Assembly: GCA_041653675.1 (NCBI GenBank)
Contig: JBAZEY010000005.1
Span: 10,164 to 74,163, forward strand
DNA length: 64,000 nt
Origin: Patescibacteria group bacterium
GTDB lineage: Bacteria; Patescibacteriota; Patescibacteriia; XYB2-FULL-38-15
Direction: 5' to 3'
Shown here in pieces: positions 17,092 to 28,347 of the stretch; position 1 is the first letter of the stretch, and each line of letters begins with the position of its first letter. Below the pieces are notes generated by a model. That model made no database searches and was not told the DNA's origin. It saw only the letters and a program-made list of their open reading frames with translations. The position numbers and the translations under genes were made by a program.

Positions 17092-17524
17092 GAGCGCGCC
17101 TGAATGTTTTTATGGCTCTTTGGGCCATGCCGTGGTCCAAAACAAAAGTTGCCTCGTGCACAAGCTGATTTCGAAGGACATGCGCCCACCAAACTTTGCG
17201 CAAGCGGCCATATTTAAAACTCGCGAAGCGGATTCTCTCGCCCATATCTTTTCCGGACATAGACATTGATTTCAAAACATAATCAAGCATTTTGTCCGCT
17301 TCCATTACGGCCAATTTATAATTCATCTCGCCGGGTCCATCCAACATTTTTTCTATCTCTTGCCAGCGTTTTTTTATACCAGTTTTATCAAGATCGTATT
17401 CTCTACTTTTAAAAAATACCGCGATAGCTTTGTACGCGCGATAAATTAAAAAAATAAAAGCAATGGCGGCCAGCGCCCCGCCGATAAATTTTAGTAAAGT
17501 AAAAATATCAATTTCAACTGTCAT
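17069..17524 (-). CDS. Hypothetical membrane-anchored protein
   Basis: 151 aa with a single N-terminal TM segment (FIGGALAAIAFIFLIY). Confidence 0.4.
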   Translation of the reverse strand: MTVEIDIFTLLKFIGGALAAIAFIFLIYRAYKAIAVFFKSREYDLDKTGIKKRWQEIEKMLDGPGEMNYKLAVMEADKMLDYVLKSMSMSGKDMGERIRFASFKYGRLRKVWWAHVLRNQLVHEATFVLDHGMAQRAIKTFRRALEELGAL

Positions 17525-17533
17525 ATTTTACGT

Positions 17534-17884
17534 TTATTCTAATTCAAAAACTAGAACCCCATATTTTTTGATCCGTTGTTCATATCCAGGAAACTCAGCA
17601 TACCTTTTCTTGAGCTCTTCGTACGAAGAAATCTCCGGATTGATTTCCTGAAACTTATACGCGGCGAATAAATCATCCAAATTTTTGTAGTGAGATATTT
17701 TTTTAACCCGTTTTATAATTTTTTCATCGCCGCAAGAAAACTCAATACTATCGTCTTTACGGATCTGAAAATATTCCGGATTTCCCGCCCGCGTTTCAAT
17801 CTTTTTCTTCCCCCGCCGTATCAACTCAAAATTTTTTCTGTCCGCCTCAAGAAATGGCAGCTTGTGGATAGTATTATTCCCCAT
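17534..17884 (-). CDS. ASCH-domain protein (PUA-like fold). The track ORF extends to 17947; the start at MGNNTIHKL is preferred.
   Basis: GxKxxExR signature IRRGKKKIETR and ~115-aa size. The upstream gene ends at 17893, so an internal start avoids a 55-nt overlap. Confidence 0.45.
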   Translation of the reverse strand: MGNNTIHKLPFLEADRKNFELIRRGKKKIETRAGNPEYFQIRKDDSIEFSCGDEKIIKRVKKISHYKNLDDLFAAYKFQEINPEISSYEELKKRYAEFPGYEQRIKKYGVLVFELE

Positions 17885-17892
17885 GGCACTTT

Positions 17893-18483
17893 TTATATTT
17901 CTTTCCTCGTCCACCGAACTCTCGCCGGCGCGTCTTCGGCCGACCATTTTATTTCCAATTTCCCGCCCTTGAAAGCGCTCGCTACTTGTTTGCCGATAGA
18001 AACGGCCAGCTGATTTTCCGTGGTCGTGACGCGCACCTTGCGGCCCATATCTTCAATTTTTATAATCTGATCTTCCGGATCGCGGACAAATGCGCGCTTA
18101 CCGACATTCCTCGCCAAATTTATAATTTCACTTTTTTCTTCAGGTACTAAATTTTCTAAAATCAACTCCCCTTCCCATCCGGTTTTTCCTTTGCCGCCCG
18201 TAATCCACTTGCATTCGGCGCAAAGTTCTTTCACGACCGGTTTTTTCGGCAACATTTTTTTATACATCGCCAAAAAATTTGGAATAGTGTGCCAATGCTC
18301 ATCAAAATAAACCGCGCCACAACGGGAACAAATACACAACGGTTTCTTCCCTTTCACTTCATACTCCCACCAACTCGGCGCGATGCGCGGCGTATGGCCG
18401 GCAGTCAGCTTATCTTTTTTTAACCCCGTAAGAACAGTCTGGCTCGTGAATTTCTTTCCTTTTTTGATATTAATTTTTCTCAT
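17893..18483 (-). CDS. Hypothetical zinc-ribbon protein (CxCxxC...CxxC)
   Basis: ...PLCICSRCGAVYFDEHWH...CAECKW... 196 aa. No confident family assignment. Confidence 0.4.
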   Translation of the reverse strand: MRKINIKKGKKFTSQTVLTGLKKDKLTAGHTPRIAPSWWEYEVKGKKPLCICSRCGAVYFDEHWHTIPNFLAMYKKMLPKKPVVKELCAECKWITGGKGKTGWEGELILENLVPEEKSEIINLARNVGKRAFVRDPEDQIIKIEDMGRKVRVTTTENQLAVSIGKQVASAFKGGKLEIKWSAEDAPARVRWTRKEI

Positions 18484-18489
18484 TGTATT

Positions 18490-19905
18490 TTAAATTAATT
18501 TTGCTAATTCTAATATTGTTTTTTCATCAAACCATTTCCCCATAATTTGTAGACCGACCGGCATTTTTTTTACTTCGCCGCAGGGCACGGAAATTGCTGG
18601 GAGACCAGCGATGTTTGCTGAAACCGTGAAAACATCAGATAAATACATTGTGAGCGGATCATCAATTTTTTCTCCAATCTTAAATGCCGTAGTCGGCGCA
18701 GTTGGCATTACTAAACAATCAACTTCTTTAAAAACATTTTCAAAGTCCTCGCGGATTAAAGTTCGCATTTTCTGCGCTTGTAAATAATACGCGTCATAAT
18801 ATCCAGCCGATAGAGTGTATGTTCCAAGCATTATCCGCCGCTTAACTTCATCGCCCAAACCTTCGGCTCGAGTTTTTAAATAAGTTTCCAAAAGAGTTTT
18901 AGATTTTTTTGTTTGATAACCATATCTCACGCCATCATACCTCGCTAAATTTGCCGAAACTTCGGCTGGCACGATTAAATAATAAACGGCGAGAGTGTAT
19001 TCGGCGTGCGGTAAACTTACATCTACAATCTTTGCCCCCATTTTTTTTAATTTATCCACTGTATCGCGCACACATTTCTCTACTTTCGGATCCATTCCAG
19101 AGACAAAATATTCTTTTGGAATCCCTATCTTTAATTTTTTGATATCAATTTTCCCTTTTTTATTTTTATTTTCGACCGTAGTTGAATCCATTTCGTCTTT
19201 CCCTCGAATAGTTTCAAAAACAATTTCCGCGTCTTCTGCAGTTTTTGTAATCGGTCCGATCTGATCCAAGCTTGAAGCCATGGCCATCAAACCATAGCGC
19301 GAAACCGCGCCATAAGTCGGCTTTAAACCAGTCACGCCACAAAATGACGCCGGCTGGCGCACTGAACCGCCGGTATCAGAGCCAAGCGCGTAAATACACA
19401 TATTTGCCGCGACTGCCGCCGCTGAACCGCCGGAAGAGCCGCCCGGCACGCGAGCCGTATCATGTGGATTTTTTGTCGGACCAAAATAGGAAGTTTCGGT
19501 TGAAGCACCCATGGCGAATTCATCCAAATTCGTTTTCCCTAAAATAACCGCACCGGCGATGCGCAATTTTTCCACCGCAGTCGCGTCGTATGAGGCGACG
19601 TAATTTTCTAAAATTTTTGAACCTGAAGTCGCGCGAATATCTTTAACTAAAATATTGTCTTTTAGCGCCATCGGCACGCCCTCCAAAATTCCTATTTCTT
19701 TTCCCGCGGAAATTTTTTTATCAACCGCCTTCGCCTGCTCCAGGGCTTCTTTTTCAGTGACAGTAATAAAAGCATTCAATTTTTTATTCGACTTTTTTAT
19801 CTCCGCCAAACATGCCTTAGTCAAATCAACCGAAGTAAATTTCTTGGCCACTAATCCTTCGTGCGCTTGTTTAATTGTCAATTCATTCAATTTCATATTA
19901 TTCAA
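18490..19905 (-). CDS. gatA: Glutamyl-tRNA(Gln)/Aspartyl-tRNA(Asn) amidotransferase subunit A
   Basis: Amidase signature GGSSGGSAAAVA. N-terminus is MNNMKLNELTIKQAHEGLVAKKF... 471 aa. Confidence 0.9.
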   Translation of the reverse strand: MNNMKLNELTIKQAHEGLVAKKFTSVDLTKACLAEIKKSNKKLNAFITVTEKEALEQAKAVDKKISAGKEIGILEGVPMALKDNILVKDIRATSGSKILENYVASYDATAVEKLRIAGAVILGKTNLDEFAMGASTETSYFGPTKNPHDTARVPGGSSGGSAAAVAANMCIYALGSDTGGSVRQPASFCGVTGLKPTYGAVSRYGLMAMASSLDQIGPITKTAEDAEIVFETIRGKDEMDSTTVENKNKKGKIDIKKLKIGIPKEYFVSGMDPKVEKCVRDTVDKLKKMGAKIVDVSLPHAEYTLAVYYLIVPAEVSANLARYDGVRYGYQTKKSKTLLETYLKTRAEGLGDEVKRRIMLGTYTLSAGYYDAYYLQAQKMRTLIREDFENVFKEVDCLVMPTAPTTAFKIGEKIDDPLTMYLSDVFTVSANIAGLPAISVPCGEVKKMPVGLQIMGKWFDEKTILELAKLI

Positions 19906-20191
19906 AAACCGCTTTTACTTTTACTAAATTATCAATTTTCTCCGGCGCCGCCGCAACCAATTTTTTCATTGTCTCTTCGTCGCATTTTTTGACCTCGTCT
20001 GGCCGCGCCACGTTTTCTAATCCCGTCACCTGCGCCGTGGGTTCCACTTTTTTCAAATCAACTTTCTGCAGTTCTTTAAAGTATCCCAAAATCGCGGACA
20101 ATTGTCCGCCAAATTTCTCCTTTTCTTTTTCGGTTAATTCTAACCGCGCCAAAGTGGCGATGTGCTCAACTTCTTGTTTCGTTAATTTCAT
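19898..20191 (-). CDS. gatC: Glu/Asp-tRNA amidotransferase subunit C
   Basis: 97 aa. MKLTKQEVEHIATLARLELTEKEKEKF... Overlaps the gatA start by 8 nt. Confidence 0.85.
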   Translation of the reverse strand: MKLTKQEVEHIATLARLELTEKEKEKFGGQLSAILGYFKELQKVDLKKVEPTAQVTGLENVARPDEVKKCDEETMKKLVAAAPEKIDNLVKVKAVFE

Positions 20192-20221
20192 ACTTAGTTA
20201 TTATACTGCGCCAGCCACAAA

Positions 20222-22433
<2,212 letters not shown>

Positions 22434-23291
22434 TTACGGACAAACAGCCTCGTCCCCTTTCACGAGCGAACGCTCGCTGAAAAGAACATAATCATAAAGT
22501 CCCGACATCGGCGATCTGCGAGGCATTGTTACTCTAATCGCCTGGCGCACCGTGCTATATTTACCAGTTGAACTTAAAACAATTCTCGCAGGAATTGCTA
22601 CCTGCGGCAAAGCGGCATTATCGGCTCCCCAAGCTGTAATTATAACATTATTAATGTCACAATAAAGTGCTTTGACGCGAAGCCGATAAGATTTGACGCT
22701 AGAAAATCCGTTATTAATCGCCGGACTCGCGAGTGCCGAATATTTAAATTTTTGTTCCACCGCGTCCGACCAACCAACTACCGGATCCCATGCAATGTAG
22801 CCAACTTCAATCATCGAAACTGCCGGCGCGATACAATTTGGTGTCCATTCGATTTTAACGGATTCTATCCCCGCGGCAACGGCATTTTCCGGATCAAAAA
22901 GATCAATTTGCATTGAATTATCTTTATCAATTTTTCCGTAGATTTGTTGTTCTCGATCAACGATTGTTCTTGCCCAAGAGGATTGATTATCTAAATTTCC
23001 CTCCGTCGTAAGGCACGCCTCCTTTTCTCCGCCCGAACAAAATCCGTTCTCCTCGCAAGTTCCCACCGGGCAAACCAAAACCGCGTTTTCTTTTCTTAAT
23101 TTATAAATCGCCTGTTCAACGCCCGCCTCGGCGGCATAATAAGCCACGGCGGAAAAATCAATATTCCTCGCTTGTTTAATTTCACTTAAAATAATCGCGC
23201 CAATACCAAGCCCAGCCGTCATAATCACAGCCATTACAAGGAGCGCCAAAAGCAGCACATTACCTTCTTCATTTTTAAAACATTTAAACAT
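22434..23291 (-). CDS. Type IV pilus minor pilin/assembly protein, PilX-like N-terminal domain
   Basis: N-terminus NVLLLALLVMAVIMTAGLGIGAIILSEIKQARN...AYYAAEAGVEQAIY resembles the PilX_N domain. Confidence 0.5.
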   Translation of the reverse strand: MFKCFKNEEGNVLLLALLVMAVIMTAGLGIGAIILSEIKQARNIDFSAVAYYAAEAGVEQAIYKLRKENAVLVCPVGTCEENGFCSGGEKEACLTTEGNLDNQSSWARTIVDREQQIYGKIDKDNSMQIDLFDPENAVAAGIESVKIEWTPNCIAPAVSMIEVGYIAWDPVVGWSDAVEQKFKYSALASPAINNGFSSVKSYRLRVKALYCDINNVIITAWGADNAALPQVAIPARIVLSSTGKYSTVRQAIRVTMPRRSPMSGLYDYVLFSERSLVKGDEAVCP

Positions 23292-23292
23292 T

Positions 23293-23880
23293 TTATCTTC
23301 TATAAATTCTGCTTGACACAGTTGTTTCTAAATAAATTGTTTGTTGTTCTTCCACCCGACCACCGATGCCTTTAGTCGCCAAAACAATCGTCACTCTCGG
23401 CTGATTATCGGAATCATAAGTATTTCCCGCATTCATTAAAAACGGATCAACTGCCGGATCGATATAAAATTTTAAATCTTCCACATTATTTCCCTTTGAA
23501 GTAATACTTGCCCAGGTTACTCCCCCGTCGATACTAACCGTGAGACATTTAGCCGTTCCCGCCGGACAATTATCCGCACTTTTTTTAAAAATAATTGAAT
23601 TATTATCCGCGTCCAAAAGCGCCAGCTCGTCTTCGGGCAAAGTTATTCCGGCGGCGTAACCAGCCCAACCATAATCAATCATATCCATTTTTATTTCTTT
23701 AGACATTGCCTCCATGGAGTAACGCGCGTCAGATTGAATTTTTTCTATCGCCAAGGTTCGGCGCTGTGCCTTGCCCGCCATCATAAAAATATCAATAATA
23801 ACAACCGTTGCCACGGAAAAAATTGCGAGTACAACCATCATTTCAACTAATGTAAAACCTTTTTTATTCATAAGAGACAT
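23293..23880 (-). CDS. Type IV minor (pseudo)pilin with prepilin leader
   Basis: MSLMNKKGFTLVEMMVVLAIFSV... is a class III signal (G/FTLVE). Confidence 0.55.
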   Translation of the reverse strand: MSLMNKKGFTLVEMMVVLAIFSVATVVIIDIFMMAGKAQRRTLAIEKIQSDARYSMEAMSKEIKMDMIDYGWAGYAAGITLPEDELALLDADNNSIIFKKSADNCPAGTAKCLTVSIDGGVTWASITSKGNNVEDLKFYIDPAVDPFLMNAGNTYDSDNQPRVTIVLATKGIGGRVEEQQTIYLETTVSSRIYRR

Positions 23881-24041
23881 TTTGGAGAATAATTTTTCGT
23901 TGCGAAACGAAGCAGTTTTGAGCGAAAAAGGCGAACAAACTACGACGTTTAATAAATTTAAATTAAGCGGAGAAGTTTTGAGCCTTTTGCAGCCAAAAAT
24001 GTGAGTTGCAGTAGAAAAGATTATTCTTCAAAGGGTCTCAA

Positions 24042-24644
24042 CTACCGCCAATTATAAATTTTGTCTTCTAGCGTCACATCTCGCGGACGGCCGGAAATAG
24101 TCCATCTTACTTCCGACCTAACCCTGATGCCAATTTTTTCTTCTCCCCCGCCGCAAGGATTTCCAGTAATCGTTTCCGTCTCTGTCGCCGCGTTAAAACA
24201 AATCGGATCAAGGGTGATGATTCGTGAATAAAGAGTTGCCGTGCCAGCCGGCGGCGCTACGTCTTGTAAATATAAATTTTCCGGACTGCGATATAATTTT
24301 GCCGCGGGATCGGAAACGACGTTCGGCGTAAAATCAAGGCTCCATTTATTCGTTGCCGGTTTAAAAACCGCAATTGCCGTAAAATCGTTTCCCAAAAAAA
24401 GTCCCGAATCCCAAACTAAATTTTTCAACCAATTAGCGTCTCGAAAATTGCGAACAACTTCCGCGCCTTCTTTCGCAAGATTTGAAGCCACCACTCTTGT
24501 CCCAGCTTCGTCTACTCCTTTCAGATTAGAAATGGTAAGTGAAAGGGCCCCCACCAAACCGGTTAAAATTATAGAGATGGCAACAATCATCTCCACCAAA
24601 CTTTGACCCTTTTCCGATTTTAAATTTTGAAAATTAAAAAGCAT
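24042..24644 (-). CDS. Type IV minor pilin (PilV-like)
   Basis: ...KGQSLVEMIVAISIILTGLVGAL... prepilin-type N-terminus. Confidence 0.5.
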   Translation of the reverse strand: MLFNFQNLKSEKGQSLVEMIVAISIILTGLVGALSLTISNLKGVDEAGTRVVASNLAKEGAEVVRNFRDANWLKNLVWDSGLFLGNDFTAIAVFKPATNKWSLDFTPNVVSDPAAKLYRSPENLYLQDVAPPAGTATLYSRIITLDPICFNAATETETITGNPCGGGEEKIGIRVRSEVRWTISGRPRDVTLEDKIYNWR

Positions 24645-24656
24645 AACTCAAATTTT

Positions 24657-25172
24657 TTATTCAACATCAATTCTCCCCGAAACCCGATTGACTAAAATTT
24701 TTCTGATCTTGCCGCTAATATTGTGCTTCAAATCTACTTCTAAAACATTGTCGGCTGTGCCGCCATTAATATAAGCTGTCGGCTTTGGTGGTTTAAAAAC
24801 CACACTGGAATTAGCAAGCGGCTGCACTCCCGTGATGACAACATTCTTTGCGAGAATAATTTTTCCATCCAATAAATCTTCACCCAAATCATATTTTTGA
24901 TTGCCGTTAAAATCAGCAAAAACAATATATTGAAGCGGCGTACCAAGAGTAAAATAAACTCCATATCCTCCTGGGGGCGTTATCCCACCTACCTGCTCTC
25001 CAGCCAAAGCCATATTCTGTGCTTTGCGTAAATTGGAAACAAGGGTATCGGCCGCGATTTTTAATTCATCGCTCTGACTTCCTCCCCGAAAATTTGTAAC
25101 AACCATGGCCGTCACAACGACAAAAATTCCCAAAGAAACAAGAAGTTCAATTATCGTAAAACCTTTTTTCAT
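24657..25172 (-). CDS. Type IV pilin / GspH-FimT-like pseudopilin
   Basis: MKKGFTIIELLVSLGIFVVVTAMVV... prepilin N-terminal methylation motif. Confidence 0.55.
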   Translation of the reverse strand: MKKGFTIIELLVSLGIFVVVTAMVVTNFRGGSQSDELKIAADTLVSNLRKAQNMALAGEQVGGITPPGGYGVYFTLGTPLQYIVFADFNGNQKYDLGEDLLDGKIILAKNVVITGVQPLANSSVVFKPPKPTAYINGGTADNVLEVDLKHNISGKIRKILVNRVSGRIDVE

Positions 25173-25173
25173 T

Positions 25174-25950
25174 TTAAAAATTTAAATACCAACTTAAAAC
25201 CGACGTACCAAAAAACATAGCAAAAATCGTTCCGGCAGCAAGAAATGTTCCAAATGGTACTTGGCTTTTCATTGTTTTCTTTTTGGAAACTACTAAAGCC
25301 AGACCGACAATCGCGCCCACTACGTAAGCAAAAAATAATGCCACGCCAAGTCCGCCCAACCCCAAAATCAATCCCATCAACGCTCCCAATTTTATATCTC
25401 CTCCACCAATCCATTTTCCTTTTGAAATTATATATTGCAAAAGAAAAAATCCGCCGCCGAGTACGCCCGCGATAAGTGGATCAAAAAGTCCGGCCCAGGA
25501 AATTTCTCCGCCATAAATTAACGGCAGCGTCACGAGAACAACGGCCGCCGCGGGATAAATAATTTTATCTGGAATTAAATAATATTTTAAATCTGAAACA
25601 AAAATCACGATTAGGGTAGCAATGATAAACCAGGTTCTTGCCAAAAGAAAAAAATCATAAGTTGTAAACCGCAGATCGTGAGGCAAATACGCGAATAAAA
25701 ATAAAATCGCCGTAGAAAGTTCCACGAGCGGATATTGCCAAGAAATTGGCTTCCCACAGTGCCGACATTTCCCTTTCTGAATTAAAAAACTCAAAACTGG
25801 AATGAGTTCAAATGGCCCCAAAACGTGGCGGCATTTTGGGCAATGGGACCGGCCGGTTAAAATTGATTCTCCGGCGTGTAGCCGCCAAATTACAACATTC
25901 AAAAAACTGCCGAAAATTAAGCCAAAAATAAAAACAATAACGTGTGCCAT
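25174..25950 (-). CDS. pilD: Prepilin peptidase (A24 family)
   Basis: N-terminal CPKCRH...CRHCGKPISWQYPLVEL zinc motif and multi-TM peptidase body. 258 aa. Confidence 0.85.
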   Translation of the reverse strand: MAHVIVFIFGLIFGSFLNVVIWRLHAGESILTGRSHCPKCRHVLGPFELIPVLSFLIQKGKCRHCGKPISWQYPLVELSTAILFLFAYLPHDLRFTTYDFFLLARTWFIIATLIVIFVSDLKYYLIPDKIIYPAAAVVLVTLPLIYGGEISWAGLFDPLIAGVLGGGFFLLQYIISKGKWIGGGDIKLGALMGLILGLGGLGVALFFAYVVGAIVGLALVVSKKKTMKSQVPFGTFLAAGTIFAMFFGTSVLSWYLNF

Positions 25951-25956
25951 ATTCGA

Positions 25957-25970
25957 GAATTATAACACGA
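25957..25970 (-). promoter_or_regulatory. Extended -10 (cGTGTTATAAT) only ~8 nt upstream of the pilD ATG: leaderless configuration
   Basis: The minus strand reads TTTCGTGTTATAATTCTCGAATATG. Confidence 0.4.
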
Positions 25971-25989
25971 AAACTAACAAAAACCAAAC

Positions 25990-26016
25990 AAAAAACTCCC
26001 GCGCGGGAGTTTTTTG
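25990..26016 (-). terminator. Palindromic intrinsic terminator CTCCCGCGCGGGAG flanked by A6/T7 (bidirectional), after pilA
   Basis: Perfect 14-nt GC-rich palindrome with U-runs on both strands. Confidence 0.7.
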
Positions 26017-26042
26017 ATCTCTCAAAATTTTGAGACTAAATT

Positions 26043-26522
26043 TTACTGCAGGCCTGCCGGAGTAACTTTGTGAGCTCCCTTTAGCAAATCTCCAGTATTT
26101 CCTTCCAAGTAAAAACAGAATTCGTAAGTAGTAGCCGTCGGGACTACTTTGACGGAATAATTACAAGGAGCTTGGACTGTCGCGTCACAAGCGGCGGCGC
26201 AAGCGGCTGCACCATTCGGATCTTTCAAATTAAGTATCCCTGGCAAAAATTCCGTAATTGGAGTCGCAGGAAGGACTGGACCATTACAAGAGCTAAGCAA
26301 AGCGCCCGGAGCGGCACAACCCGCCATCACGTAAGAATTATTGGCGCTAAACATCAATTCCATGGCTGTCTGAACCTGCTTCATATCTGAAACTCTCTTT
26401 GAGTCTCTTGATTTCTGTCTGGCTGAACTCAAAGCAACGACCGCCAAAGTTGAAAGCAAGCCGATAATGGCGATAACCACCAACAATTCAATCAAAGTGA
26501 AACCTTTTTTATTTTTAAACAT
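26043..26522 (-). CDS. pilA: Type IV major pilin
   Basis: MFKNKKGFTLIELLVVIAIIGLLSTLAVVALSSARQKSRDSKRVSDMKQ... is a classic type IVa pilin N-terminus. 159 aa with C-terminal Cys pairs. Confidence 0.8.
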   Translation of the reverse strand: MFKNKKGFTLIELLVVIAIIGLLSTLAVVALSSARQKSRDSKRVSDMKQVQTAMELMFSANNSYVMAGCAAPGALLSSCNGPVLPATPITEFLPGILNLKDPNGAAACAAACDATVQAPCNYSVKVVPTATTYEFCFYLEGNTGDLLKGAHKVTPAGLQ

Positions 26523-26580
26523 TATTTCACCCCCTTCCAGAAGCCGCGGGGAAACCGCGACTCAAAAGATTAATTTTATT

Positions 26581-26594
26581 TATTATAACACATT
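26581..26594 (-). promoter_or_regulatory. pilA promoter: extended -10 TGTGTTATAAT, then a GC hairpin and GGAAGGGGGTGA RBS
   Basis: The minus strand reads TTTTAAATGTGTTATAATAAATAAAATT...GTCGCGGtttccCCGCGGC...GGAAGGGGGTGAAATAATG. Confidence 0.55.
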
Positions 26595-27679
26595 TAAAAC
26601 TGCGTCGCCATGCTATACATTGGCAAAATAACTGCCGCAACCATAATACCAACGCCTATACCCATCAAAAGCATAATGAGCGGTTCCATAATCGTGGTTA
26701 AATTTCTCACCATGTTTTCCGTTTCCCGCGTGTAGAAATCCGTAATGCGCTCTAAGATGACGTCGATTTTTCCGGTTTGCTCGCCAATACCCAACATCTG
26801 CGTCACCATTACGGGAATTTCTTTACTCTTCGCGAAAACTGTCGTAATTGGATTTCCATCTTCCACCTCCCGCATGGTTTCCAAAATCAGATCTTTATAA
26901 ACCGCGTTACCGGTAATTTCCGCAACAATCTTTAAACTCCCGACGGTTTCCACCCCGCCGGTAAGAAGCGTTGTCAGGCCGCGAGTAAAACGAACTATAT
27001 AAATCCTTTTAAACAATTGTCCAAAAATTGGTAATTTTAATTTTAAAGTATCCCAATATTTTCTACCCAAGGGATATGAAATAAGATATCTTATTCCCAT
27101 AACAATTCCAATGATGAGAATCGCGAGCGCCCACCAATAATTTGTCATTACATCCGAAGTTCCAATAAGAATTCTCGTAGAAAGCGGCAATGTCCCTCCC
27201 GTCTCCTGTAAAATATCTGTCAGTTTAGGAATAACAAAAATCATCATTACCACACCGACAGCTACTAAGCTTAATAAAATAAACGCCGGGTAAATCATGG
27301 CGCCTTTTATTTTGCTTTGCAGGTCATAATCTTTTTCTCTTTGTGTCGCGAGATAATCCAAAACTTCATCCAGCTTCCCTGTCGTTTCTCCGGAGCGGAT
27401 TATATTAACAAAAAAATCATCAAAAATATGGGGGTACCGGCCAAGCGCGATAGAAAGTTTTGTTCCCCCTTCTACGTCAGCAGCGAGATTGGCCACAACT
27501 GTCCGTAAACTTTTATTAGTTGTTTGCCGGATTAAAACCTTTAAAGACTGAACAACCGGCACGTCGGCGGAAATCATCACGGAAAGCTGACGAGCAAAAA
27601 TAACCAAGTCCTTCGCCGGAACTCGGTTTAAAAAAGGTATTTTCGCAATATATTTGTCGAGGTTTATATCCATTGCCAT
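26594..27679 (-). CDS. pilC: Type IV pilus inner-membrane platform protein (GspF/PilC family)
   Basis: 361 aa with two GspF-type repeats and three TM segments. ...IIRSGETTGKLDEVLDYLATQ... Confidence 0.85.
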   Translation of the reverse strand: MAMDINLDKYIAKIPFLNRVPAKDLVIFARQLSVMISADVPVVQSLKVLIRQTTNKSLRTVVANLAADVEGGTKLSIALGRYPHIFDDFFVNIIRSGETTGKLDEVLDYLATQREKDYDLQSKIKGAMIYPAFILLSLVAVGVVMMIFVIPKLTDILQETGGTLPLSTRILIGTSDVMTNYWWALAILIIGIVMGIRYLISYPLGRKYWDTLKLKLPIFGQLFKRIYIVRFTRGLTTLLTGGVETVGSLKIVAEITGNAVYKDLILETMREVEDGNPITTVFAKSKEIPVMVTQMLGIGEQTGKIDVILERITDFYTRETENMVRNLTTIMEPLIMLLMGIGVGIMVAAVILPMYSMATQF

Positions 27680-27741
27680 AATTTTTCATCTATCACAACT
27701 GGGTAAAAACACAGAGTGTATTCAATATTTCTTAAATAAAA

Positions 27742-28302
27742 TCATCCTTCATCTTCAAATTTAACAACATTTTTTCCCCGCCGCTGGTTTTCTGATTCAA
27801 GTGTTTTAAGCATGCCGAATAAATCTGAGGAGTGTTTAATTTTGTTGAATGTGCCCTCATCTACGAAAAATACTTGCACACCATTTTCTATCATCGCCTC
27901 AAGAGCCGAAGGGACTTCAGTTTTTTCAACCGGAGCAACCGGCTTTTTACTAACCCACTCGTCCTCGCCCATGCCTTTGTGCGGGTCAAAAGAAAAACTG
28001 TCGCTATTAAATTTATAAATTGAACCGCCCTTGTCACACTTTAAAAAACGTTCTTTATCTTTGATTACTACATAAGGAATATCATTTATCTTTCCAATTA
28101 GAGACCATCTATCATCTGTTTCGCTAACTAAAAATGCTGTGGCAAGCGCTAAATCGGGAGTAGCGAAAATTACAGGCCCTTCTTTTGGATCACGGGTGCT
28201 TTTTGCCCGAGGTTCAAATTTCTTAATGTCCCTATTTGATGAAGCATGATATAAAAATGGCGGTTTTTTCTTTTCGGGAGAAAAATGTTGTTCACCTTCC
28301 AT
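27742..28302 (-). CDS. Hypothetical protein embedded between pilB and pilC
   Basis: 186 aa, soluble, no motif I recognise (…PPFLYHASSNRDIKKFEPR…). Co-oriented and tightly spaced within the pilus operon. Confidence 0.4.
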   Translation of the reverse strand: MEGEQHFSPEKKKPPFLYHASSNRDIKKFEPRAKSTRDPKEGPVIFATPDLALATAFLVSETDDRWSLIGKINDIPYVVIKDKERFLKCDKGGSIYKFNSDSFSFDPHKGMGEDEWVSKKPVAPVEKTEVPSALEAMIENGVQVFFVDEGTFNKIKHSSDLFGMLKTLESENQRRGKNVVKFEDEG

Positions 28303-28347
28303 AAAAATAAATTTTATTTGAACGAACTTTCGTCAAATACTGTACCG

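Noticed and set aside
25169-25414. 81-aa ORF overlapping the 3' part of pilD in another frame
   Set aside because: Fully inside the pilD coding sequence. No independent support.
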